Under the pieces are notes generated by a model, which saw nothing but the letters and a program-made list of their open reading frames with translations, was not told the origin of the DNA and did no database searches. From NCBI GenBank assembly GCA_964600985.1, contig CAZRJR010000001.1, positions 235,534 through 299,533 of the forward strand: a DNA stretch of 64,000 bases, read 5' to 3'. The translations under genes were made by a program, and so were the position numbers. Within the stretch, counting starts at the first letter, position 1, and every line of letters begins with the position of its first letter. Shown one piece after another: positions 19,973 to 27,871 of the stretch. The stretch is from an uncultured Candidatus Saccharibacteria bacterium (GTDB lineage Bacteria > Patescibacteriota > Saccharimonadia > CAILAD01 > JADZBC01).

Positions 19973-21880
19973 TTACTGAACTTTGTAAATGTAGATCGAG
20001 TCACCAATCCGCTTAATCGGAGTCTTGTCTCGTAGCCACTGGTAGTTGTATGGTCGTGGTCGATACTTCTGGTAAAACAAGTCACTTACTAGGTACGTTT
20101 CAGATACAGCGATGTATTTGGTGTGGGGCTTACCGTAGTCTACGTGCCATTCTATGTATTTTGAGCCACCACAATCATACCCAGATGCATTCCGGATCAG
20201 CTGGCCCGACTTGTCATAGCGACGCTTGCACATATAGTAGTGCATGTCGGCGCCACCAAAGTAGTCTACAGCAATCTTGTCGATGTCGGGATTGTTGTTA
20301 ATGTACGTAGCGAGGCGTTTGGCATCCTGGCCCCAATCTACGTTAGAATCCGACAGGTATTTCGAAGCCTGCGATGAACCACCAAATGCCTCGTTAATGT
20401 AGGGCAGATAGGCCGGGAACTGCAAGAACGCCCCAATCACATACCAAGACATAAGTACGCCAGTTGCAATTGCTACGGCTTGTTTGTGCTTTGGTTTGCC
20501 CGCGTTGTGGTACAAGTCAACCGACTTCTTGGCGACCAGAATGAACACAAATGGCATCATCGGGAAGAGGTGACGAATACCGAGATTTAGATTACCGGTG
20601 ATCGATAAGTAGGAGTAGTAGGCAATAAACAGTAGGCACGTAAGCTCAGTAAAGTGGTCCTGTGCATAGCTACGGAAATTGCTCCATACTTTGAGCGGCG
20701 TTTTGTGCGCGTACCCCACAATTCCTGCACCAAGGGTGGCTAGTATAAGTATGAGCATCGGAAGAGGTGTCTTGAATACAAAGCTTACCGGGAAGTACCA
20801 CACGAAGCTTTGGTTGGTAACATCACCCAGTAAGTAGGTCACGTTACCGCTCTGCACGCGATTAATTACCATGAGTACACCAAGTATGTATTGTATGAGT
20901 GGCTTTAGAATGGCAATGTCGTTGTATTGGGTTAAGTATTTGCCATAGAGGTTATTGTAGCCCGATGGCAGTGAGCTCGTTATGAGCTTGTCTTGCATGC
21001 TGGCGGGCATGTGTAGGGTGTGGGGAATATAAAAGATCCACACCAAGAACATACCAAAGCCAAAAATAGCAGCTAAGCCCAGAGCGTAACCCCAAAAGGC
21101 TGTTTTAAATTCCTTTTTACTTCCTAATGTAGCCAGTTTAATGGCAACCAGGAGCCCAAAGAATGGTACCAGCATAACAGCGGAGAACTTAGCGACTTGA
21201 GCCAAGGCAAAGAACATAACTGCTATAGCTATGCGCTTGGGGGACTTTGGCTGCTTAAGCCAGGCCAGAAAACTCCAAACTGCAAAAAATATGAACGCTG
21301 CGATTCCCAGGTCGGTGGTGACAAAATGATCATGGGCTATAATGTTGGGCGAGAGAGCATAAAGCGTGAGCGCCATGAGTGCAGTAGGTGGCCCGTAGCG
21401 GCGGAGGCAGAATTTGTATATGCCAAAGCCAAGTAGCAAGCCAAGTAAGAGAATGGGCAGTCGGGAGTACAGTAAGATACTGTCGGCGTTATTACCAATG
21501 TGGTATATGAAGTTCCAGCCGGCCTCCCATTGGCCATTAGGGTCAGTAGTCCAGGCCGGAATTGTGTCAGGAAACTTGAGGTGCAAGAACAGGAGCGGAA
21601 AGGCAGCAATGTCTTTAATCAGTGGCGGGTGTTCAGGATTGAGCCGGTAGTCGCCATATTTGAGGTAACTATAACCAGCGGGAATGTGGGCTACCTCGTC
21701 GACTACCGCACTATCGTTCTTGAGTGTAAAAAAGCTTAGGCCAAGCATGAGTGCTAAGATCCCCAGGGCAATCGGCAGGTGGAATCGGTATACAATAGTT
21801 CGTAGCTTAGCTAACATAAGAACCATTATAGCGTATTGCTCGAGCTCGCAATAGCCTTGCGCTATTCGTTCGCCCGCCAT
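19973..21880 (-). CDS. GT-C fold glycosyltransferase (family 39/83-like); start probably near 21830
   Basis: DEVAHIPAG..NPEHPPLIK, TTDLG, AKFSA, GIRHL, DSNVDWGQD. Confidence 0.88.
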   Translation of the reverse strand: MAGERIAQGYCELEQYAIMVLMLAKLRTIVYRFHLPIALGILALMLGLSFFTLKNDSAVVDEVAHIPAGYSYLKYGDYRLNPEHPPLIKDIAAFPLLFLHLKFPDTIPAWTTDPNGQWEAGWNFIYHIGNNADSILLYSRLPILLLGLLLGFGIYKFCLRRYGPPTALMALTLYALSPNIIAHDHFVTTDLGIAAFIFFAVWSFLAWLKQPKSPKRIAIAVMFFALAQVAKFSAVMLVPFFGLLVAIKLATLGSKKEFKTAFWGYALGLAAIFGFGMFLVWIFYIPHTLHMPASMQDKLITSSLPSGYNNLYGKYLTQYNDIAILKPLIQYILGVLMVINRVQSGNVTYLLGDVTNQSFVWYFPVSFVFKTPLPMLILILATLGAGIVGYAHKTPLKVWSNFRSYAQDHFTELTCLLFIAYYSYLSITGNLNLGIRHLFPMMPFVFILVAKKSVDLYHNAGKPKHKQAVAIATGVLMSWYVIGAFLQFPAYLPYINEAFGGSSQASKYLSDSNVDWGQDAKRLATYINNNPDIDKIAVDYFGGADMHYYMCKRRYDKSGQLIRNASGYDCGGSKYIEWHVDYGKPHTKYIAVSETYLVSDLFYQKYRPRPYNYQWLRDKTPIKRIGDSIYIYKVQ

Positions 21881-21943
21881 ACTGCACTCTGTCGGAAGCG
21901 AGTCATATCTGCTAAAATGAGACTATTAAATGAGGTTATTAGA

Positions 21944-22246
21944 ATGCTCGAAAAAGCAAAGATGGCAGCTCAGGCGCTAAAGATCCAAAAAGAGCTCAAG
22001 CGCTTAACAGCCGAAGCCGAAGCAGGTGATGGCGCCGTACGTGTAGTGGCTGGCGTAAAGATCGACCAAGCATCGTTTAGCATGGAGCTTCGCGAAGTAC
22101 GCATTGACCCCGCTCGGATGGAAGACGCCGACAGAGTTGGTAAATGGGTAGAATCGGCCGTAAACCAAGTGAGTAAGAAGATCATGCAGGAGGTTGCCGA
22201 AAAAATGCAGGCACTTGCAGGAGGTATGAACCTACCTGGTATGTAG
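21944..22246 (+). CDS. ybaB: YbaB/EbfC nucleoid-associated protein
   Basis: EAGDGAVRV...IDP...SAVNQ pattern; directly upstream of recR. Confidence 0.8.
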   Translation: MLEKAKMAAQALKIQKELKRLTAEAEAGDGAVRVVAGVKIDQASFSMELREVRIDPARMEDADRVGKWVESAVNQVSKKIMQEVAEKMQALAGGMNLPGM

Positions 22247-22266
22247 TGCGTGCAGGAGGGGATACT

Positions 22267-22860
22267 ATGGATATATTGCCGCACAGCGTAGAGCGATTGA
22301 TCGATGAGTTTGCTAAGCTACCGAGCGTGGGGCCTAAGACCGCCGAGCGCCTTACGTTTCATTTGCTTCGCAGTGGGGGCGAGCAACAGTTAGGTGAGGC
22401 TGCTTTGGCGCTCAAGGAGGGGTTGGGCTACTGTAGTAGTTGCCAAAACTTCAGCAGCAGCGAGCTTTGCGCGCTGTGTAGTGACCCGCGACGCGACGAT
22501 AGTGTGTGGGCGGTAGTTTGTCAGCCGCTTGATGTAGTGGCGATCGAGAAAACAGGATTATTTAAAGGCAGATACCATGTGCTGCATGGGGTTATTTCAC
22601 CAGTGGATGGCATTGGCCCTGAGCAACTTAAAATCACCGAGCTTATGGCTAGGGTTGAGGCGGCGCGTCCAAGCGAGATTATTCTAGCTACCAATCCAAA
22701 TATAGAAGGCGAAACCACCGCACTTTATGTGGCCAAGAAGCTCGAACCACTTGGTATTAAAGTCACAAGACTCGCTCACGGACTACCGATAGGCGGAGAC
22801 TTAGAGTATGCCGATCAAATAACATTAGGCCAGGCGATTGATCATCGCCGAGAGTTCTAG
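22267..22860 (+). CDS. recR: Recombination protein RecR
   Basis: LPSVGPKTAER, CxxC..CxxC, YHVLHG, EGETTA, GGDLEYAD. Confidence 0.97.
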   Translation: MDILPHSVERLIDEFAKLPSVGPKTAERLTFHLLRSGGEQQLGEAALALKEGLGYCSSCQNFSSSELCALCSDPRRDDSVWAVVCQPLDVVAIEKTGLFKGRYHVLHGVISPVDGIGPEQLKITELMARVEAARPSEIILATNPNIEGETTALYVAKKLEPLGIKVTRLAHGLPIGGDLEYADQITLGQAIDHRREF

Positions 22861-22916
22861 GCTCTCCGCGACTAGCAGCCGTGTAATAGTCAGTAATAAT
22901 ACCGTATAATACTCCT

Positions 22917-24284
22917 ATGTTACGTATATACAATTCGCTCTCAAAACAAATAGAAGACTTTAGGCCGATTCAGCCCGGCCACGTGAGTCTATATAGCTGT
23001 GGGCCTACTGTGTACGACCATGCACACATTGGTAACTTACGGTCTTTTATATTTGCCGACCTCCTGCAGCGCGTTCTGCGCCACACAGAGGACTACAAGG
23101 TCACCTGGGTAATGAACATTACCGACATAGACGACAAGATGATCGAGCGGTCTAAGCGTGATTATCCAGATGATGAACCTATGACGGCGCTTGGCAAACT
23201 AGCGGATACTTATACCGATGTATTCATTGAAGACTTAGGGAGAGTTGGTGTAGCGCGAGCTGACATTGCCAAGCTACCGCGCGCTACTGATCATATTGGC
23301 GAGATGCAAACAATTATTCGCCAGTTGCTTGCCGATGGAATTGCCTATGAGGTTGATGGTAGCGTGTACTTTAGTTTGGCCAAATACGAAGCGAGCGGGA
23401 AGAAGTACGGAGTCTTGAGTGATGTCGACTTTAGTGGCCAAGCGCGGATGATAGACGACCAGGATCAAAAAGAAGGTGTGGGTGACTTTGCTCTCTGGAA
23501 GGCTGCCAAGCCAGGTGAGCCGAGCTGGCAGTTTGAGTATGAGGGTAGGCAACTGCCTGGCAGGCCTGGTTGGCACATAGAGTGCTCGGCTATGAGTACC
23601 AAGTATTTAGGACAGGTTTTTGATATTCACACTGGCGGGATTGACTTACGCTTTCCTCACCATACCAACGAGATAGCTCAATGTGGTGGCGAGATGGCAC
23701 ATTACTTTATACACCACGAGTTTTTAAATGTGTCGGGTGGCAAAATGGCTAAATCAGCCGGGAACTTCTACACTCTCACGGATGTGGGCGATGGCATGGC
23801 GTTTAGAATGCTGGTGCTCGCCGCGCACTACCGCAGTAAGATGGATTTTAATAATGAAGCACTGAGTGCTGCTCGCCAGCGGGTCAACGCTCTGCGCGAG
23901 TTTGTCCGTAAGTGCCAATATGCTACTGATTTAACTCAGAATACCGAGGTGATAGATGAGTTCCGACGATCGTTTACAACTGCATTGCGGGACGACCTAA
24001 ATACACCGCAAGCCCTGGCTGCCTTGGCTGCTCTAGAGCGCGATGGTTTGCGCGTAGATGGAAGCGTAGAGGCAGTAGCGTGGGCAGATAGGGTGCTGGG
24101 GCTTGGCCTAGTGAGTGAAGTGAAGCCATTTAGTGATCAAGAACTAGCCTTGCAGCAGTTGCGTACCGAAGCACGACTAAATAACGACTACCAGACTAGT
24201 GATAAACTGCGCGATGAATTACTAAAGCTTGGCGTGGTAGGTGAGGATCTGGCGACTGGTTCGCAATACTGGCGTAGTATTTAG
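22917..24284 (+). CDS. cysS: Cysteine-tRNA ligase
   Basis: CGPTVY..HIGN, GRPGWHIECSAM, KMAKS. Confidence 0.97.
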   Translation: MLRIYNSLSKQIEDFRPIQPGHVSLYSCGPTVYDHAHIGNLRSFIFADLLQRVLRHTEDYKVTWVMNITDIDDKMIERSKRDYPDDEPMTALGKLADTYTDVFIEDLGRVGVARADIAKLPRATDHIGEMQTIIRQLLADGIAYEVDGSVYFSLAKYEASGKKYGVLSDVDFSGQARMIDDQDQKEGVGDFALWKAAKPGEPSWQFEYEGRQLPGRPGWHIECSAMSTKYLGQVFDIHTGGIDLRFPHHTNEIAQCGGEMAHYFIHHEFLNVSGGKMAKSAGNFYTLTDVGDGMAFRMLVLAAHYRSKMDFNNEALSAARQRVNALREFVRKCQYATDLTQNTEVIDEFRRSFTTALRDDLNTPQALAALAALERDGLRVDGSVEAVAWADRVLGLGLVSEVKPFSDQELALQQLRTEARLNNDYQTSDKLRDELLKLGVVGEDLATGSQYWRSI

Positions 24285-24312
24285 GCATACTCGTAAGAAT
24301 ATGTATAAACAG

Positions 24313-24337
24313 AAAGCCGCCTTCTAAGAAGGCGGCT
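24313..24337 (-). terminator. Intrinsic terminator of the tRNA-like transcript (may also serve cysS)
   Basis: AGCCGCCTTCT-N-AGAAGGCGGCT stem followed by TTCTGTTT on the minus strand. Confidence 0.8.
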
Positions 24338-24384
24338 GACTTGTTTAGAGAAGGGAATCCCTAAACAAGCATGGATTGAGTCGG

Positions 24385-24488
24385 TGGTGAGGGGAGGATT
24401 TGAACCTCCGCGTAGTTTTACGACCCGAAGGCCTTCATCGCTAGGCAGGTTTTCAACCCGCTCCATTCGTCCACTCTGGCACCCCACC
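24385..24488 (-). tRNA. Atypical tRNA: Ser/Leu-type (class II) body, GAA anticodon, ~35-nt variable region
   Basis: GGTGGGG/CCTCACC-A acceptor, GCGGG-TTGAAAA-CCTGC anticodon arm, GGAGG-TTCAAAT-CCTCC T arm; 104 nt; no encoded CCA. Confidence 0.65.
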
Positions 24489-24505
24489 AGACTCAATTGA
24501 AGGGT

Positions 24506-24587
24506 GGTCAGGATCGGGGTATTCGTCTCCCCAGGACCAGTGCAGTACTAGCCAGGCTAGTAATACGCTGATACCCCGATCCTGACC
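24506..24587 (-). repeat. 17-bp perfect inverted repeat enclosing a tRNA-Pro-like remnant
   Basis: GGTCAGGATCGGGGTAT (24506-24522) / ATACCCCGATCCTGACC (24571-24587); internal TACTAGCC/GGCTAGTA hairpin. Confidence 0.8.
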
Positions 24588-24785
24588 TGGCCGCTGCATC
24601 ACGCTCGGATTCGATTCCGAGTAAGATGCTTGATCTCGTGCGCTGCGGCGCGATGGTGGAGTCGCTACCCGATGCCAGTTGCCTGGCGAGTCGGACGACC
24701 CCGAGGACGGTTGCCCATGACCCTGTCTTTGGTCCGACCTTGGCGGGGCCGAGACATGACCATATTTTGTTGACTTCCGTCTTCG

Positions 24786-24860
24786 TCGACCCGAGAGGAT
24801 TTGAACCCCCGACCTCCAGACTAACCGCCTGGCGCTCTGCACAAGCTGAGCTACGGGCCG
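24786..24860 (-). tRNA. Atypical tRNA: GTT (Asn) anticodon on a Pro-like C1:G72/A73 acceptor
   Basis: CGGCCCG/CGGGTCG-A acceptor, GCTC/GAGC D stem, CCAGG-CGGTTAG-TCTGG anticodon arm, TTCAAAT T loop; G33 and no D-loop GG. Confidence 0.65.
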
Positions 24861-25004
24861 TGGGCGAGAAGCGCAGGACGTTACTCCCACAAACTCTCAG
24901 TTCACGTCTGAGCGCTGACTTACAGCTTCTTCTCTGATACTCATCTTTGCTTTTGTGTTCATGCTTTCACGTCGCACATACACTACTAATTCCAATGAGC
25001 CTTG

Positions 25005-25077
25005 TGGGGGCGAGAGGCATCGATCCTCTGACTTCTGGTTCTTCACGCCAGCGCTCTGCCAACTGAGCTACACCCCC
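25005..25077 (-). tRNA. Atypical tRNA-Phe(GAA)-like
   Basis: GGGGGTG/CGCCCCC-A acceptor, normal D arm, loop GTGAAGA with C31-A39 mismatch, T loop ATCGATG. Confidence 0.65.
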
Positions 25078-25081
25078 TTGC

Positions 25082-25145
25082 CTGATCCAGCTTGCCCGTT
25101 CGGACAAAACTTACTCGCGTCACCACGAGCGGCAAGCTGGATCAG
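25082..25145 (-). repeat. 15-bp perfect inverted repeat forming the 5' domain of the ncRNA
   Basis: CTGATCCAGCTTGCC (25082-25096) / GGCAAGCTGGATCAG (25131-25145); internal hairpin with a GTGA (GNRA) loop. Confidence 0.8.
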
Positions 25146-25156
25146 AGACGTGTGTA

Positions 25157-25185
25157 ATAATAGCAAATAAAAAGCCCCCTGTCAA
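25157..25185 (-). promoter_or_regulatory. Sigma70 promoter for the tRNA-like transcript
   Basis: TTGACA-N17-TATTAT; overlaps the helicase terminator hairpin. Confidence 0.8.
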
Positions 25186-25226
25186 TCACTTGCGTGATCC
25201 TGAAGGGGCTTTTGGCAGATGGCTAC

Positions 25227-26462
25227 TTAGCGAGCTACAAAGGTAAGGGCTTTGCCCTTTTTGCCAGCGCGGCCAGTACGACCGATGCGGTGTACGTAGT
25301 CTTGGTAGGTGTTTGGTTGGTCGAAGTTAATTACGTGGCTTACATTTGGAATGTCGAGCCCACGAGCTGCCACATCGGTAGCCACAAGTACCTTGGCTCG
25401 GTTGTCTTTAAACGCCTTAAGAGCTCGCTGGCGCTGCGGTTGAGTTTTGTTGCCATGGATCGCTTCTGATGCGTGGCCACTACGACTCAAGTCTTCGGCC
25501 AGCTTTTGCACACCCCACTTGGTTTCACCAAATACTAGGACTTTTTCGAACTCAGGCTGGTCGAGAAGCTCTTTGAGTACAGCAAACTTTTCGTCCTTGG
25601 TGTTGGCTCGGATAATGTCTTGCTCTACATGGTCACTCGTTTCGCGGGTACGGACCGAGATGGTTACAGGGTCGCGCAAAAAGTCGTGAATCAGTGATTC
25701 AATTGCCGGCGTAATGGTTGCGCTAAAGCAGAGTGATTGACGCTGTGGTGGCATTTGGCCGACTATAAAGCGGATGTCGGCAATGAACCCCATATCCAGC
25801 ATTTGATCGGCTTCGTCGAGCACCAATATGCTGGTGGCATCGAGCTTTAGGTTGCCTTGCTGAATGTGGTCCTTGAGTCGGCCAGGTGTGCCAATTATCA
25901 CATGCGGCTTGCGACGCAAGTCTTGGACTTGGCGATACATATTCATGCCGCCCACACACAGCGCGCTATATATGCGCATACCCTGAGCAAAGGCACGGAA
26001 CTCGTCATTAATCTGGTTGGCAAGCTCACGGGTTGGCGCCATAATGAGTACGGCTGGCTTAGTATGAATACTTGCAAGTCGTTCGATAATTGGCAGCACA
26101 AAAGCAGCAGTCTTACCGGTGCCAGTATTGGCAAGGCCAATAAGATCCCTGCCTTCTAGAATTGGCGGAATAGCACCGTCTTGGATTGCCGACGGCTGGG
26201 TGTAGCGGCGCATAGCTATGTTACGCTTTAGGGCGTCAGACAACGCGAAATCATTAAAGCTATGCACGGGCACGAAGACTTCTTCCTTAGGCACTACTGT
26301 GACTTTGTTTACAAATTTAGCTGGGTCTATATAGGCGCCCTTTTTGCCGCCGTTGCCATAGCGTCGGCCACCACCACTGTAGCGCTTAGAGCCGCCAAAG
26401 CTTCGATTATTACTAGTACTGCGCCCACGCGAATGTGCAGGGCGTGCATATGATTGGTTCAT
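25227..26462 (-). CDS. DEAD-box RNA helicase
   Basis: ANTGTGKT, PTRELA, DEAD, SAT, ARGLD, HRIGRTGR; start MNQSY at 26462. Confidence 0.96.
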   Translation of the reverse strand: MNQSYARPAHSRGRSTSNNRSFGGSKRYSGGGRRYGNGGKKGAYIDPAKFVNKVTVVPKEEVFVPVHSFNDFALSDALKRNIAMRRYTQPSAIQDGAIPPILEGRDLIGLANTGTGKTAAFVLPIIERLASIHTKPAVLIMAPTRELANQINDEFRAFAQGMRIYSALCVGGMNMYRQVQDLRRKPHVIIGTPGRLKDHIQQGNLKLDATSILVLDEADQMLDMGFIADIRFIVGQMPPQRQSLCFSATITPAIESLIHDFLRDPVTISVRTRETSDHVEQDIIRANTKDEKFAVLKELLDQPEFEKVLVFGETKWGVQKLAEDLSRSGHASEAIHGNKTQPQRQRALKAFKDNRAKVLVATDVAARGLDIPNVSHVINFDQPNTYQDYVHRIGRTGRAGKKGKALTFVAR

Positions 26463-26617
26463 ACTGGCCTTTCGGATTATTATTCTAGCTTGATGAACAG
26501 CGAGAATAATAGTTCCGGAATCGGACACTTGGCTCGGTATTCACCCATGTCATATGTGACAATCTAAATATACTAACACACATAAGCTTTTTTGTCCAGT
26601 ACCAGTAGGGATATCGA

Positions 26618-27259
26618 TCAGCTCTTTTTGCGGCGAACAGTTCGCTTGGCGGCCATATGGAGCCTGGTGCGCTGTTCTTTGTCTTTTAGTATATGAACCA
26701 CTGATGGTAGTACCGAAACACCTACAATGATAATTACGGCTGGCAAAATATATTGATCTACGTTGGGGATTGCGTTGCCTAAAAAGTAGCCGAGCGAAGT
26801 AATGCCTACGGCCCACAGTAAAGCACCGACTAAGTTGTAGACGAGGAACTTACGATAGTGCATATTACCAACTCCGGCTAAAATGGGCGCAAAGGTACGA
26901 ACTACTGGAGTGAAGCGGGCTAGTATGAGTGCCTTGCCACCGTGGCGCTTAAAGAAGTCTTGTGATTTTTTTATGTAGTCTTTGTTAAATACTAACGAAT
27001 CATCTTTTTTAAACACCTTGTCGCCATAGCGATGACCGGTGGCATAACCGACATTGTCACCCAGGACGGCGGCAATGAACACCACAATAAGTAGCACAGG
27101 AAAGTTAAGTACATTTTGCGATGCTAAAAAACCAGCGGTAAAAAGTAGGCTGTCGCCAGGCAGAAACGCCCCGACTAAGAGTCCGGATTCGGCAAACACA
27201 GCAGCAAAGATGCCGATGTAGCCAACTGAGCGAATGAGTGCGGTGAGATCGAAGTTCAT
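26618..27259 (-). CDS. DedA family membrane protein
   Basis: FAESGLLVGAFLPGDSLLF, ARFTPVVRTF; start MNFDL at 27259. Confidence 0.95.
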   Translation of the reverse strand: MNFDLTALIRSVGYIGIFAAVFAESGLLVGAFLPGDSLLFTAGFLASQNVLNFPVLLIVVFIAAVLGDNVGYATGHRYGDKVFKKDDSLVFNKDYIKKSQDFFKRHGGKALILARFTPVVRTFAPILAGVGNMHYRKFLVYNLVGALLWAVGITSLGYFLGNAIPNVDQYILPAVIIIVGVSVLPSVVHILKDKEQRTRLHMAAKRTVRRKKS

Positions 27260-27367
27260 AAGAGGTATTATAACACTATTATCCTGCATGGTATGGCTCG
27301 TGCTTGCAAGATAGGCTCGAATATTTGATAATACCTGAGTCCTGATCTGTCTCGTGCTAGGAGTAAC

Positions 27368-27748
27368 ATGCCAGAAGCAAAAGAGTGGTCGCCCGAGGAA
27401 GATCGTGAGATTGTCTTTGGGAAAGGCTCTCTGTCGGAGATCGCCGTTAGGATTAACAGGACGCCGCAAGCCGTCTATTCAAGGCTCTATGTGATTCGAG
27501 CTGCACTCAAGCAATCGGGTCGTCGTAAGGCAGTAGAAGTTTTGGGTAAGGCAGCACGTAGTAGGAAATATTACGGTTCGTGCTGCCCAAATCCCAAGAA
27601 TCACCGACGTGCGTGGGCACACGAGGAAGAACTGATGATCCTGGACCCTGATAGGCCTTCGGATCATTTACTGGCAGAACGTATCGGTCGGACAGTTCGA
27701 GCCATTCACGATCGACGCACGCTCATCAGATCGCGAGAGGAGGGGTGA
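27368..27748 (+). CDS. Small protein with two Myb/SANT-like HTH repeats
   Basis: WSPEED...IAVRINRT..AV..R and WAHEEE...LAERIGRT..AI..RR; AGGAG RBS; TGATATAAT extended -10. Confidence 0.7.
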   Translation: MPEAKEWSPEEDREIVFGKGSLSEIAVRINRTPQAVYSRLYVIRAALKQSGRRKAVEVLGKAARSRKYYGSCCPNPKNHRRAWAHEEELMILDPDRPSDHLLAERIGRTVRAIHDRRTLIRSREEG

Positions 27749-27871
27749 GGCGTCGGCCTCGCCCCTCCGGGCGCAACCCAATAATATGGGTTGTTTTTCA
27801 TTATAACGAGAATCGCCACCTCCAGGCGATGTTAGTCTCGCGCCAGAAGTGGCGAATGGTGTCTGATGGAG

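Larger units (their letters stand above)
24315..25150 (-). ncRNA. Putative ~835-nt multi-domain structured RNA containing tRNA-like domains
   Basis: Consensus promoter at 25157-25185, terminator at 24313-24337, no credible CDS, nearly continuous helices, GNRA/UUCG loops on the minus strand. Confidence 0.6.

Noticed and set aside
24315-25150. Identification as tmRNA, RNase P RNA, SRP RNA or a group I intron
   Set aside because: No G3:U70 Ala acceptor or tag ORF, no GAGGAAAGUCC, no SRP GGAA/AGCAG loop and no recognisable P7 core by eye. An Rfam scan is still needed.
24281-25170. ORFs 24281-24496, 24453-24890, 24626-24937 and 24955-25170
   Set aside because: They overlap tRNA cloverleafs and long helices, lack RBS and have no protein-like motifs; they are by-products of GC-rich RNA.
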